NCBI GenBank assembly: GCA_012295275.1
Contig: CM022672.1
Coordinates: 18,538,001-18,602,000 of the forward strand
Origin: Chrysomallon squamiferum
Lineage: Eukaryota > Animalia > Mollusca
Length of the DNA stretch: 64,000 bases
Direction of reading: 5' to 3'
A model generated the notes under the pieces. The model made no database searches, had not been told where the DNA came from, and saw nothing but the letters and a program-made list of their open reading frames with translations. Made by a program: the position numbers and the translations under genes. Numbering within the stretch: position 1 is the stretch's first letter; each line of letters starts with the position of its first letter. This document shows, in pieces, positions 15,933-39,661 of the stretch.

Positions 15933-17372
15933 TTTATTTTTCTTCTTTTTTTTTTATTTTTTTATAAATTCCAGAACAGAATTTTCCAATGGCTATAAGA
16001 GCCTAAATGCCAAGTGACCGAAACGAAAATTAGTTATTTCTCACCAGAACGCTGTTCTGCGTGCAGAACTGGCGTCTTTCTCCGGAGTTAATTGGTGTTC
16101 GCTGGGAAACCATACAATTTTCACAATGTCGATATTGGAAGCCTTTCAGGTCACTAACGCTAAAGAAAGCCCGCTGAGGTCTGTGTTTGGGAAATATCTC
16201 GTAGGTTAGTGTCACTTACGTCTGACTCCAAATTAACACCCGCCGTTCATAACCTGCACGCGCTCGACCAAGATGGCTGCGGCGGCGACATCATCATCAT
16301 CATCTTCATCTTTGAGGAATGAATGTCCTGTGGGTTCTGAATGCAAACAGATCCTTCCCTCCTTCGAATTTCAGAAATAAAAGTTTTAATCGAAGGAGGT
16401 TATGATGATGGTGAAAATACGCTTGCCAGTGTAGTAAGTGCACTTGGTGCCAGTCTCTCCTAATATTTACTGACAGATATTATTATTACGAGCATCATTA
16501 TTATTATTGAAATTCTGGTAGTACTGTTACTACTGCAAATTAGTACGATCGTTATCTCAGCATCATCATTATTAGAACAATTACTATTATCTTCATCTTC
16601 ATCACCATCATTGTTATCATCTTTATTATTATCATCATCATCATCATTATTATTATTATTATTATTATTACCATCATCATCATCATCATCGTTATTTAAT
16701 ATTAAGTTAAGAGAGAGAGAAATACATTTTTACAACTACATTTTTCATGTCATTAAGCAAATACAAAATCGCTGCTTTTTAAACAAGACCATCATTAACA
16801 CCTAAATCTCATTAAGAACTGTTATGTATTTACAAGGCTGTGTTAAACACAACTCACTAGCCACTGAGAACATGAAGAAAAAAAACACTGACGAGCAAGC
16901 TGAGACTTTCTGTCATGAAATACATACACGTCTGTTATGACACTACGGTTCAAGAACGCACAGTCATGGTCTAAAACAATAAATGTGTTACGTTGTGAGG
17001 CAGAAACAATTCGGCTGACAGGCGATCGTACACAAATGTAGTGAGGATGAATGAACGAATGAATGAATGAAAAACAATTAACGTGCTAATCAGAGCAAGC
17101 TGTTGTGAAGCACGTCTACGACGGGCACGCTTTCTGACAGGTCAGCGGGCGTGTCCGTCGCAATGTAGTGAGGTTTCATTAAACATTCATTTATAATAAA
17201 GTTTTATTGATGATGCATCTCTCCCTAATGCGGTCTGAAGAGGTACCATCATGCAATACTGTGTCTTCCAGCCCTTTTCCTAAAACATGCGTTTTTTGTT
17301 GTTGGAGAGGAACAGTCAGTCTCAAATATTGAAGAGGCCAATACAGACAGGCTTATATCCTGATACTGAGTT

Positions 17373-17565
17373 GCCAGTTATTTTTATTATTATCTGAACG
17401 TCATGGTGACAGTGATTCCTCTTCCTATAATCCTTAACCCGCCCTTGAAAATGGATGATCTTATTTAAGATAATCGGCTTAAAGTTATTCTTTCTGGTAA
17501 CAGTTTATTGTATTGTATAAAAACAAATTTCTTATTTTATTTTATATATTTAATTTTATAGTTAT
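17373..17565 (+). repeat. Dispersed repeat family B, copy 1
   Basis: ttatctgaacgtcatggtgacagtga...cgcccttgaaa...gatcttatttaagataatcggcttaaagt.attctttctgg.aacagtttatt recurs in direct orientation at 21507-21686. Confidence 0.8.
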
Positions 17566-17957
17566 TTTATTTAATATTTAATTTTTTTTTTTTTTTTTTT
17601 TTTTTTTAAGTGTGTATGACGTTATTATTATTATATATATATATTTTTTAATAAACATGTTTTCTTGAAAAATGTCATTATTATTTAATGTTAGTTAATC
17701 CCGTTCCAAAATCGTACAGACACTTAATTCTGTTTTTAGTTATCTTGCTGATCGTAAAAGATTTGCATCGTGGGTGGAATTAAGCTCATCCTGAGTCCTC
17801 GGGCTCCCAGGAGCACCAAGCCCACCATTAAACTCACAGCAGTGACACAAACAATGCAAGCAGTACACGTCAGTGGGATTATCCCAATTACAACTCAACA
17901 GCTTGATTCACAAACGAAATGGTACAAAGTTAATTGTAACAAAAACATCTCACAGTC

Positions 17958-18018
<61 letters not shown>

Positions 18019-18208
18019 TTCTGTCCGTCTGTCTCTCTCTCTCTTTCTCTCTCTTCTGGCTATTTCTCTCTCTCTCTCTTATCACCTTCTCTCTCCTCTT
18101 TCCATGTCTCTCCATTTATTTTTGTTCATATCTGTTTCTCTTCTCCCTTCAATTTCCATCTCCATTTATTTTTGTTCAATCTGTTTCTCTTCATCTCTTT
18201 CACCGGAA

Positions 18209-18280
<72 letters not shown>

Positions 18281-18547
18281 CATTAATATCATTTAGTTTT
18301 CATTATTATTTTTTTAAAACCTAAAATAACTGTACAGACTTTGATTCAAAATACTAACATAAACATACGGATATACATTCAAAATACTAACATAAACATA
18401 CAGATATACCTTCAAGATATATACATTGATACATACATTCCTACAGACACACACACACACACTCATACATTATTTGATCTGTTTATGACGTAACGTATTT
18501 ATATCCAGTTTTCGTTCTCACTTCCTAAATAAACCAACCACACATAA

Positions 18548-18627
<80 letters not shown>

Positions 18628-18872
18628 GACATGATTTGATTTGTTTCTGATTGTAGTGTATTTGTACCCAATATGCCTGCTCATTTCCTAACTACACTAA
18701 CGTCTTCATTGTATTGATTCCTGTGCCCATTGTTATAATTTCCACACCAAACTCACCTGAGGGCTAATTGGCGTTTCATACCGCGCCGTATGGAGAATTA
18801 ATTGCATATCAAAGTTAATCACTGCTGATTTCGTTTCGTTTGCTTGCGCTCGGGTGTTTTCAACTCAGAGAC

Positions 18873-18893
18873 ATGGAAAGAAACTTGAGAAAA
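18873..18893 (+). CDS. Candidate upstream coding exon of the G-alpha gene (MERNLRK)
   Basis: ATG GAA AGA AAC TTG AGA AAA is followed by donor GTATGT (18894). A phase-0 join to the TTGCAG acceptor at 19680 is in frame (TFSLSN-MNKSG...). Confidence 0.45.
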
Positions 18894-19698
18894 GTATGTA
18901 ATTTGATTTAGTTAAAATATCTCGTTACTGGCTGTTAATATTTATACCAAAGTGTGTCTTCGTGCATTCTTTAATATATAAATATATATATATATATGCT
19001 TTGTGTAATATATATATATATTTATTCTGTAGTGACCTAGCTTAATTTTGCATTTTATAAAGTATATAATATGTAGGTATGCTTTTTTTGAAGCAAGTAC
19101 ATTCTTTAGTGTGTATATATATATATATTTATATTTATATTTTATTTTTTCTATAATGGACATAATTTTATGTTTGTTCTTTTTATTATGTGTATAATTA
19201 ATTACACTTAATAACTTTATATATTGTATATATCCATTTCTTTCTCTCTTTTTTTTAAATTCTTTTTCTCATTATAGTCATGTTGAAAATGAATATTTCT
19301 TCCCTTTACGTATACATGGGTGTTGTATTTATTACTATTTTTAAAATAAGATTTCTTTCTCAGATGAATATAAAAAGCTTTTTTGTATTAAACATTCTGT
19401 TCAGCATTCGTTTTATCATTGTATGTATATCTCAGAATTTCCGTGTGAATGCATATTTTAGCCTGTACTTCAGAATCTGTGTATTGTGCGTGTTTTTTAT
19501 CTTTGTTTTCTTGTATTTCTTTTTAATTTGTATGTGTAAATAATGTATATCTGTAAGAGCAATCTTTTTTACGTTCAGATTTCTGTTCTCTCTGAGTTAA
19601 TACGCTAGTCTTATCATGTAATATTTATATAAATAATGAAGTAACTGTGTTTAACTGGTTTTTAATTCCGTGTCTTGCAGACGTTTTCTCTGTCCAAC

Positions 19699-30233
<10,535 letters not shown>

Positions 30234-30551
30234 AATCAGCTTACAAGGATAAAAAAAAATAATAATAAAAAAAAACTCGAAAAAGCAAATTTTATTCTTT
30301 CTTGAATAACAAAATATATTTTTGTTGGCTGTTGTTAACACATAAGAAAAAGAAAGAGGGCATAAAAAAAAAAACATTATTAAGAATTTTCAAAACGGTG
30401 GCGTTATCATTTTAGATAGAAAAAAATTATTTGTCATGCTAGATAATGCGTCGGAGTTACTGGATTATGTGAAATCATACACAACTAGTGCTGGATGCGA
30501 CTTCTAAGAAGTGTGAAAGAGTTGCTTCCCCTTTAACACTCTTCTGGAAAA

Positions 30552-30589
<38 letters not shown>

Positions 30590-30884
30590 ATTCTGTTAAA
30601 CATATGGCTTAAAGGTTACTGTTGACATTTCAGTGGATTACGCAGAATGCAGAGGTGTCCTTCAGTTCTGAGATGTGTTTATTTTAGTTTAACTACTCAA
30701 CCTTCGCAGTGTAGAAACAGAGCGAAGCAGGAAAGGAACGTCGAAACAGCAAAAAAAGTTAATACTCATGGATATACATCATTGTCTAAAACATATCTGC
30801 AGTCTATCTATGATTTGCTCTGCCAAAATCAAATGGAAATAAATATCAAGATCCTTGTTGGTTTATTGATCGATGTTTTTTTAC

Positions 30885-31720
30885 ACTGTTTGATCCAGTT
30901 GCTAACATTTTATCATTCTTTGATCCAATTACTAAGATTCACAAAATCTGCATCGTGTTAACAAGGTTCTGACAGTCTGATCCAGTTATTAATTATAAAA
31001 TTTAAATCATCCAGTTATCTAGTAACTTATGCAATTTGATCGACGTACCAAGATTGTAGCACAATAAGATCCAGTTACCAAGATTGTAGCACAATAAGAT
31101 CCAGTTACCAAGATTGTAGCACAATAAGATCCAGTTACCAAGATTGTAGCACAATAAGATCCAGTTACCAAGATTGTAGCACAATAAGATCCAGTTACCA
31201 AGGTTCGAGCATAGTCAGATCCAGTAAACCAAGGTTCTAGCACAATCAGATCCAGTTATCAAGGTTCTAGCACAGTCAGATCCACTTATCAAGGTTCTAG
31301 GACAATCAGATCCAGTTATCAAGGTTCTAGCACAATCAGATCCAGTTAACAAAGTTTCTAGCACAATCATATCCAATTACCAACGTTCTAGCACTGTCAG
31401 ATCCCAGTTGTTGCACAGTTTGATCCAGTTATTTGATTTCTAGTGAAATAGATCGAGAGTCTATCGTTTTAATACAACTGATGTGATATAGTAATGACAA
31501 TGATTCGTAAATATGTCCCCTTACCAATGTTAAAACATTGTTTGATTCGAGTTACGAAGGTTCAGACAAAAGTAACTCCTGTTATCAAGGCTCCAACACC
31601 AGTTTGATGGAATTATCAGGATTCTAATATTCTTTTACCACATAACCAGGAATCTAATACTATTTTATGTAGCTTCCAGAGTTGTAACATGGTTTGACCC
31701 AGAGTTCATAATTCTGATCT
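30885..31720. repeat. 30-bp minisatellite downstream of the G-alpha stop
   Basis: Unit CCAAGATTGTAGCACAATAAGATCCAGTTA occurs in about 5 identical copies (~31048-31200). It is followed by variant units CAAGGTTCTAGCACAATCAGATCCAGTTAT, with decayed copies on both flanks. Confidence 0.9.
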
Positions 31721-31769
31721 AATTTTGTCATTCAGATTATCATGAACACAAAAATATTAATTAAATAAT

Positions 31770-31852
<83 letters not shown>

Positions 31853-32176
31853 ATTTTAGATTTTTATACAACAAATGTGGAAATACTGAACGCTTCTGAA
31901 TATAATGTTCGAAATGATCTCTTATAGTATAAACACAATCAGATTTAAGCTATTGGTTGTGACCCGAACTAATAGATTAAATATATACTTCAAGATTTTT
32001 CAATCTATTTTTAGAAAATAACCTTTGCTAATAATAAAGTTTGACTGTAAAATAACAAGTCGGAAGGAGATCTTATTTCAGTCATGTCGTTTCAGTCTTA
32101 GAAATGTGAATAAAAATAAAGGTCATTAGGTCCATCATGTTTTATTTATATATTCATTTAAATATATTACATTTTA

Positions 32177-32227
<51 letters not shown>

Positions 32228-32233
32228 TATTTT

Positions 32234-32273
<40 letters not shown>

Positions 32274-33722
32274 TTTTACATTTCTATCTACGAAACGACG
32301 TCATGATAATAAAAAGCATGAAAAAAAATGAGGCTTCATTAAAAGCGTTCTACATTATTCTCAAGGCTTTGTTATTATCAAAGATTAGTCTCTAACAACA
32401 TATAATGACTTCATATGGATGTATACAAAATATACTGTGACATGTACATATATTACATATAGTGATAGAATAGGATGACCTGAGTTTTCAAAACATAACC
32501 ATTGACGTTTGAGATGACGTTAACATTTTGGACCGACTGTAAATATATCTCAGAAAACATCAACGGTTCCTTGAGTTTTCTGTTACGTATTTATTTATAA
32601 CCAATTAGTTACAGCAAGTATTTTTCGAATCTTGTTCGTTGTGTTTGGGAAATATCATCTTCTTTTTGTTTTTCCTGTGTGTTTCCTGTAAGTTGGAAAG
32701 AACAAACAAACAAATTATGTGAATACGTTTTGAATAGTGATAGAATATTGAATGTGTTGATATACCTATTTAATCGTTTTCTTAAAAAAAAAAAAAAAAA
32801 AAAAACCCAATTTCGAATTCTCCATGTAATATTTGATTATTTGTCGTGTGTGTTTCATTAAAGTGTTGCTCAACGTTTTCAAAATGTCGTATATTTAATG
32901 TTTATCTGTTGGGGTTTTATTTTTTCGAGTAGAAACATGTAACTCAGGGGTTACATATTTGCCACAAATAAAGGGCGTGTTACGTTTTAAAAGCTCTTAA
33001 ACGTGTTTGACTCTGTGGAACTGTAAACACTTATCTGTTATTGTAATTTATACCTACAATGTTTCTAGCATTCTATGCTACACATATAAACTTGACTTTA
33101 TATTGCTTATAAATTAATTTTTTTTGTTTTTAATTTTGAACTGCTAAAGTTTACTTAAGTTTATTTTCTGACAGTTTGTTTATTTTATTTTATTTTATTT
33201 TATTTTGATTTTATTTTATTTTATTTTATTTTATTTTTTATTTTATTTTATCTTCATTTATTGTTTTGGTATATATTATTTGGAAATGTTACAATAGGAT
33301 AGATTTACTTACTTGCTTACTTATTATTTATTTTATTATTTTTTTATTTTTTTATTTATTTATTTATTTATTTATTTATTTTTTTATTTTTTTATTTAGT
33401 TATTTATTCGTTTATTTGTTTATTTGTTTGTTCATATATGTGGAAATGCTGCAGAATGACAACAAATAAGGTTGTTCAATTTTGTTTTTAATGAATTTCT
33501 TGTTTATCTTTGATTGTATTAAAACCATTAGAATCAGTTTCTTAACTTTATTTTGTACATGAAATGTAAAATAAATACTAATAAACTGAGTACATGTACA
33601 GGACAACTTTGCAAGGACTCACAGTTATTTATTTATTTATATATTTACTTACTTACTCACTTACTTTTTTTTTTTATTTTTTTTATTTTATTCATTCATT
33701 CATTCATTCATCATTCATACAT

Positions 33723-33753
<31 letters not shown>

Positions 33754-34961
33754 GGCTGAATTATAGTTTTCCATAGCTCTTTTTCTGTGTTATTTCTTGT
33801 TGTTATTAGGGAGGGCTGGGTTTTGTAGAGTTTTTTTTTCAGTAATGGTTTTCTTTCGTTACAAACAAATAAATAAATAAAAAAATAAATAATCACAAGA
33901 AGAAGACAACAAAACAAAAAGGAAAGAAAGAAAGAAAGAAAGAAAGGTTTAGAAAGTTAAAAAAAAAAAAAAAAAAACCAACGAAAAAACCCCTAAACAC
34001 TGCCTATATTATCAAGAATTAACTCGGGAATCTAATATTAATGCTCTGCCCTCCAAATCTGTCTCATGATTTTTCTTTATTTTATTTTACTATTTCAAGA
34101 TCAATCACTTCATGCTAGCTGTTGTAGAAAGCGGATTTCTTGTTCATGTGTTGGTATCTTTTTTTTTTTTTTTTTTTTTCTCTTTTTTTTTTTAATTACA
34201 AATTTACAATCATAAAAGATTAAAAAAAAATAATTAAAAAAAAAAATAAAAATTTAAAAAAAAAAGAAAATGGAAAATAGGAGGTAATATTACTGTTCTA
34301 AATAAAGCATAATGGTTTGCCAGACTACATAATGTTCTTCAGTCTAATGTTCGGAATTTAGAAAAAGTATGTAGGAGTTGATTGCCCTTGATAAATCACT
34401 TATTTTGTATTTATATTTATATCTCTGTCTGTCTGTCTGTCTCTCTGTCTGTCTGTCTGTCTGTCTGTCTATCAATCTATTTTGTTTCCTTAAAAAAAAT
34501 CATGCACGTTTTCCTTGAATGGGAAGAAATGTTTTATCCAACATTTTAATATTAATGAAGTAATGTATTAATGCATAATATAAATATAAATACATACATA
34601 CGTACATACGGTGAGTTGAGAAAATAAATTTGTATTAAGTAGGACTGCAGTATAAAAGAAATAACTGTTTTGTTCAGGTCGAATGTCGAATGCAGCTCAA
34701 AACAGCCTCGCTGCAAATCGGCATTCTCACCTTCTCAGGATAAAATTGGTGTCGTAAGAGAGTAACGAATTATACCCTATATATATATATATATATATAT
34801 TACTTTTATTATTATGTTATCATCAGTGCAGCAATGATGGCAACATTACCTTAGTAAAACAACAATACCTATAGCATCTCAACGATGGCGATTATTATGT
34901 AATTAATGGTTGACGCAATCAAAATCTTTATAAAATTTATATTACTACTACTACTACTACA

Positions 34962-34998
<37 letters not shown>

Positions 34999-35092
34999 TT
35001 ATTATTATTGTTATTGTTGTTGTTGTTGTTGTTGTTGTTATTATTATTATTATTAGCTGCAGCAGCAGGACTATTAGGATAGTTTTAGTAGA

Positions 35093-35158
<66 letters not shown>

Positions 35159-36435
35159 AAGTAGTAATAGTAGCAGTAACAGCTAATTAATAATCATTTA
35201 TTGTGGGAAAAATAACAAACAACAACCACAATAACAGCAACAAACAGACAAATAAACAAAAATCCCTGATACATTTATTAATAATGGTGTATATTTTTAT
35301 CATGAGAAATGCATGAGAAAATGAAACATTGACTTTACCTTGAGAAAACGATAGAACCAAAATTATTATTTTTGTTATTACTGTTATGCATTTATGCTTG
35401 CTAGTTAGACAACGTTATGTCAAAATGATGTTAACTACCAATGTATATAAAACTCTGTGTACATACAAGATGTCTATTTTCTGATAGTTTAAGTTTTAAA
35501 GGTACTCAACGCAAAAGAAAATTCTTAAAATGTTAGATCGTTTCAGTGCATTGTTTTGTGTGAAAACAAAATACACATCAATACATCCACTTGATTTTCG
35601 TTTGTTTTACATTAGCGTTTCTTCTGTGTTGACAGAAATAATTACAAGTGATGTTTGTTTGAGAAAGCACTGGCGTTATCATTTTTTTAATTTTTTATTA
35701 TGGTCATCGTTATTTTAAGAATTAATAATTTACGTCATTGTGATAACATTTTTGCCAAATAAAACAAAGACAGGCTATAAATAAAATTAAAAAGAAAAAT
35801 ATTAAAAGAAAAAAAACCAAAAAAACAAACAAACAAACAAACCCAATAAAATAAAATAGAATAAATATTTACCATCCTCAGTTTTGGAGGAATTTCGCGA
35901 TAACTACCGTTAATTTTGTTGTCTTAATAAGCATTTATTATACAGTATATAAAATTATAGTAGTAGTAATGCATAGATACGTACATACATACATGCGTAC
36001 ATACATACATATACACATACATACATATATCTATATATATAAGCGCTTGTGCAATTTAAATTTGGCTGTATAGACCTAAATTGTTTTACAAACGAACAGA
36101 TAAAATACACATTTTCAAAAATTAAAAAAAAATATAGATTAAAAAAAGTTTTAACTAAAAAGTATAAAAAAAATACCTAAAAGTATGAATAGTGATATCT
36201 AACACAGAATTATTTAGAAATCTCAACAAACTTACCTTAAATAAAACCTTTATACGTCGAACTAATGTCAGAGGTATTCTGGCATTTGGTTCATTGTTTC
36301 TGACGTCAAAGCATTGTTGACGTAATAATTATCGGATGACATCGGAAGAGTCACAGAAGTTGGGATTGAAGAAACAATTATCTATTTATCATTGTATTAT
36401 TTATAATTTACTGTAAATGGTAATATATACAATTA

Positions 36436-36485
<50 letters not shown>

Positions 36486-36751
36486 AAAAATTTATCAGGG
36501 TCGACTGTTTGCAAAGACAGGAAAGAGAAAAAAAAAAAGATGGATGGTCAATCCATAAGTTAAAGATGCATTCCATAGTGATGATTTAAAATTTCATCTG
36601 TTTAATTTTTTTTTTTTAGTTTATTCTATTCTATTCTATTCTATTTATTTATTTATTTATTTATTTTTTTATTTTATTTTATTTTATTTTATTTTATTCC
36701 TATTTTATTTTATTTTTTAATTCGTTTGTTTCTTAATTTATTTTATTTGTT

Positions 36752-36863
36752 TGAAGAAAACAGATAAAATTCTGCTGCAACAGATTTCTTTCACCAGTTT
36801 GTTTTGATTACCATAGAAGAGGCAGTTTTCGCTCTCACAGTTAACATAGTTGTAACAGACTGG
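36752..36863 (+). repeat. Dispersed repeat family D, copy 1 (upstream of the IAP)
   Basis: aagaaaacagataaaa..ctgctgcaacagatttctttcaccagtttgttttg..gattaccatagaagaggcagttttcgctctcaca recurs in direct orientation at ~41846-41975. Confidence 0.85.
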
Positions 36864-36912
36864 TTTGATTTATTTATTTATTTATTTTATTCTTATTCTT
36901 ATTTTATTTTAT

Positions 36913-36950
<38 letters not shown>

Positions 36951-36970
36951 TTATTTAAACAATGAGAGAC

Positions 36971-37115
<145 letters not shown>

Positions 37116-37709
37116 CGCGAAAAAGACGCATCATAAATTAAAACAAACACTTAAGTCATATTTGAAATGCAGTGGAAAGCCAAATACGCTTTTCAGTGAA
37201 AAAATTATTTTTTTTATCTGTTTTGAGCGGGATTTGTCCTCTGCAGCCTGAAAAGAAGACGCCCTGAAACAAAACCACGGTGGCAAACAAACCGGTGAGA
37301 CTTTGCACTAAAAGTAACCTTGGGACACTGATAACCTTTCTCGACAGATAACGACGACTTGATTCAAAGGAATACTGAAGCTAATCTGTTGACTCTTTAA
37401 CCAGGATCACAACAACATGTCAGAATTTCAGCCTCAAACTACAGTTGTTTTCCGTTCTCTCTTTAATTATAACCTGCAGTTTCACTTCAGTGGTTGTGGC
37501 CATTATCTTCACGTTTGTGGACCACGATAATAATTATAACATATTCGTAATAATACATATTACGTATATAATATAAAAATACATACATATTATGTAGGTG
37601 TCTAATTGTTCATGGATATTTATTTATACGTACATACGTACATATATACTTATATACATACATACTTACATGCATGCATAATATAAACACACGTACATAT
37701 ATACACATA

Positions 37710-37835
37710 TTCGAATCTCGACATTTGTGAGGTCGTGATTGGACTTTTTCCTCCTGCGCCAGTGCGTTCCAGAATATTGTCTATGTGCAGAGTCTAATCA
37801 GACGTACATTAGACACAGAGTATTCATTCCTAAAT
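37710..37835 (+). mobile_element. Dispersed repeat family A, 3' fragment
   Basis: tttgtgaggtcgtga.tggacttt.tcctcctgcgccagt...gaatattgtctatgtgcagagtctaatcagacgtacat matches the 21 kb and 4.7 kb copies. Confidence 0.7.
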
Positions 37836-37909
37836 GTATAGATATACACATAAAAATAGAGAGATATATCCTTCTATGAATGAATGTTTGTATGTGTATT
37901 TTAAGTGTG

Positions 37910-37943
<34 letters not shown>

Positions 37944-38118
37944 TGTATGCACGTACGTACGTATTATCTAAGATCTTAATCGTTCAATTTTTGTACGTTA
38001 TGTTAACCTCACTCTCTTAAATTAATACAAAAATAAAAAATATTTTTTTTTTTTTTTTTTATTGTCAAATATTCTATATTTAGTGCATATTTATTTATCG
38101 GCCGAAGTACGAAAAACT

Positions 38119-38128
38119 GGAAATCCCC
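38119..38128 (-). promoter_or_regulatory. Canonical NF-kB (kappaB) site upstream of the IAP ORF
   Basis: GGAAATCCCC on + reads GGGGATTTCC on -, matching GGGRNWYYCC, about 175 bp before the ORF. Confidence 0.45.
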
Positions 38129-38301
38129 TTCTATTTTTATACTATGAGTATTATCTATATGGAGTTAGTTCCCTTATGTTATAGAAATGAACACTAAAAA
38201 AATGCGTAAAAATACGGCTTGGATTCAGCAATCTTATCTCGCGACTTTAACGTACGTTTTGGTGAGTGTCGCTCAATGAAATTAATATTTATTAACGTGT
38301 A

Positions 38302-39270
38302 ATGCAGAAACTGAATAGGAAACTAGGATTAACCACACTGAGTCATCCTCCGTCTGCTGGAAATCCCTGTTACTATGGAAATGATCAGAAGAACGTCAGC
38401 AGCTCCGGAAACATCCTTGTTGAAAAACAGCAGACGGCGAAACAAGATGGCCGTTATTTTAAAGACGAAAAAGACGAATCGCTGATCAACGACAACGTTG
38501 ACGATTTGACTTGCGCAGATGCGCTCGGATCAAGCAGTGTCGAAAAACAAGTGCACGCTTTGTACCCGAGATACTCGGAACACGGAGAGAGGCTGAGATC
38601 GTTCTCTAAAGGATGGCCGTTGCCGTTTCCTCACCTGACGCCCGAAAACATGGCCCGGGAAGGTTTCTTCTTCCTGGGCAACCTGGACCGCGTGCGCTGC
38701 TTCTGCTGCGGGCTGACGCTGAGGGAGTGGGAGGAAGACGACGACCCCTACGACGCGCACTGGCAGTGGTCAGAAAACTGTGCGTTCATCCATCAGCGAC
38801 GTCGTGAAAAGATCCGCCAACTGCAGCATCACGGCCACGGCGCGACTCCTTCCCAGCCTACGTCGTCATCTGAGGCGTCGTTATTGGCCGCTACAACTAC
38901 GTCGTCATCATCGTCGTCGACGACTGTCTACGATCCTTCCTCCATGTCGTATAAATCATCATCATCATCATCATCGGCAGTGGTTTCGGAATATACACCG
39001 TCGTCGTCAGCGTCAACGTCAACATCAACCTCGACGACTGCGGCAAATGTGGAGGAGGAAGAAGAAGAAGATGCTTGTGCTGCTGAGTCCGAGTCGCACG
39101 TGCAGAATACGAAAGTAGAAGCTGTTCTGGAAATGGGGTTTTCCATGGATGCAATACAGAGAGCGATTGAGAACCGAGAGAAGTCTGGATTACCCGAGTT
39201 CAACAACGCCGAGGAGCTTTTCAGGGCAATTCTCGAATTAGAAAATAATTCTGATTCCGAAGGCAAATAA
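38302..39270 (+). CDS. Inhibitor-of-apoptosis (IAP/BIRC)-like protein: single BIR domain, Ser/Thr-rich linker, C-terminal UBA, no RING
   Basis: Uninterrupted 322-aa ORF. BIR domain RLRSF..W...LTPENMAREGFFFLGNLDRVRCFCC...WEEDDDPYDAHWQWSENCAF has the Cx2Cx16Hx6C zinc ligands. The C-terminal VEAVLEMGFSMDAIQRAI...FNNAEELFRAIL resembles the cIAP/XIAP UBA (MGF loop). The start is uncertain because ATGCAG at 38302-38307 could instead be an acceptor. Confidence 0.9.
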   Translation: MQKLNRKLGLTTLSHPPSAGNPCYYGNDQKNVSSSGNILVEKQQTAKQDGRYFKDEKDESLINDNVDDLTCADALGSSSVEKQVHALYPRYSEHGERLRSFSKGWPLPFPHLTPENMAREGFFFLGNLDRVRCFCCGLTLREWEEDDDPYDAHWQWSENCAFIHQRRREKIRQLQHHGHGATPSQPTSSSEASLLAATTTSSSSSSTTVYDPSSMSYKSSSSSSSAVVSEYTPSSSASTSTSTSTTAANVEEEEEEDACAAESESHVQNTKVEAVLEMGFSMDAIQRAIENREKSGLPEFNNAEELFRAILELENNSDSEGK

Positions 39271-39458
39271 ACATTTCACATTCTTCTGAAGATTTTAATT
39301 ATTTTTATTTTTTAATTTTTTTTTTTTTTTTTTTTTTTGTGTTTGTGATTTTGCGAGAAAATAGAAAGTTGGAATTCATGTTACAAGTTTGGAAAGTTTG
39401 GAAACCTGAACAAAAAGTACATAATTTAAATTGTTGTGGATTCCGATTACGAAAACAA

Positions 39459-39661
39459 AGTGATAAAATTAGGATCCAAATAAATCATCGAAAAGAAAAT
39501 AGTTAGAATACTGTGGAAAACTTTAAGAGCAAATGTTTTACGTATGTCTGTAAATTTCAAAACAACAACAAAAACAACCAAAAAAATACAACACAGTGAT
39601 AAAATTAGGATACAAAGAAATTATCGAAAACAAAATAATTAGAATACTGTGGAAAACTTTA
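39459..39661. repeat. Local ~65-bp duplication in the IAP 3' region
   Basis: agtgataaaattaggat.caaa.aaat.atcgaaaa.aaaata.ttagaatactgtggaaaacttta at ~39459 and ~39595. Confidence 0.8.

Noticed and set aside
31040-31420. CRISPR-like regularly spaced repeats and the repetitive ORFs 31002-31184 and 31019-31243
   Set aside because: The units are contiguous with no unique spacers, there are no cas genes, and the context is eukaryotic. This is a minisatellite.
38530-39266. Overlapping and antisense ORFs within the IAP
   Set aside because: These are shadow frames of a GC-rich, low-complexity CDS.
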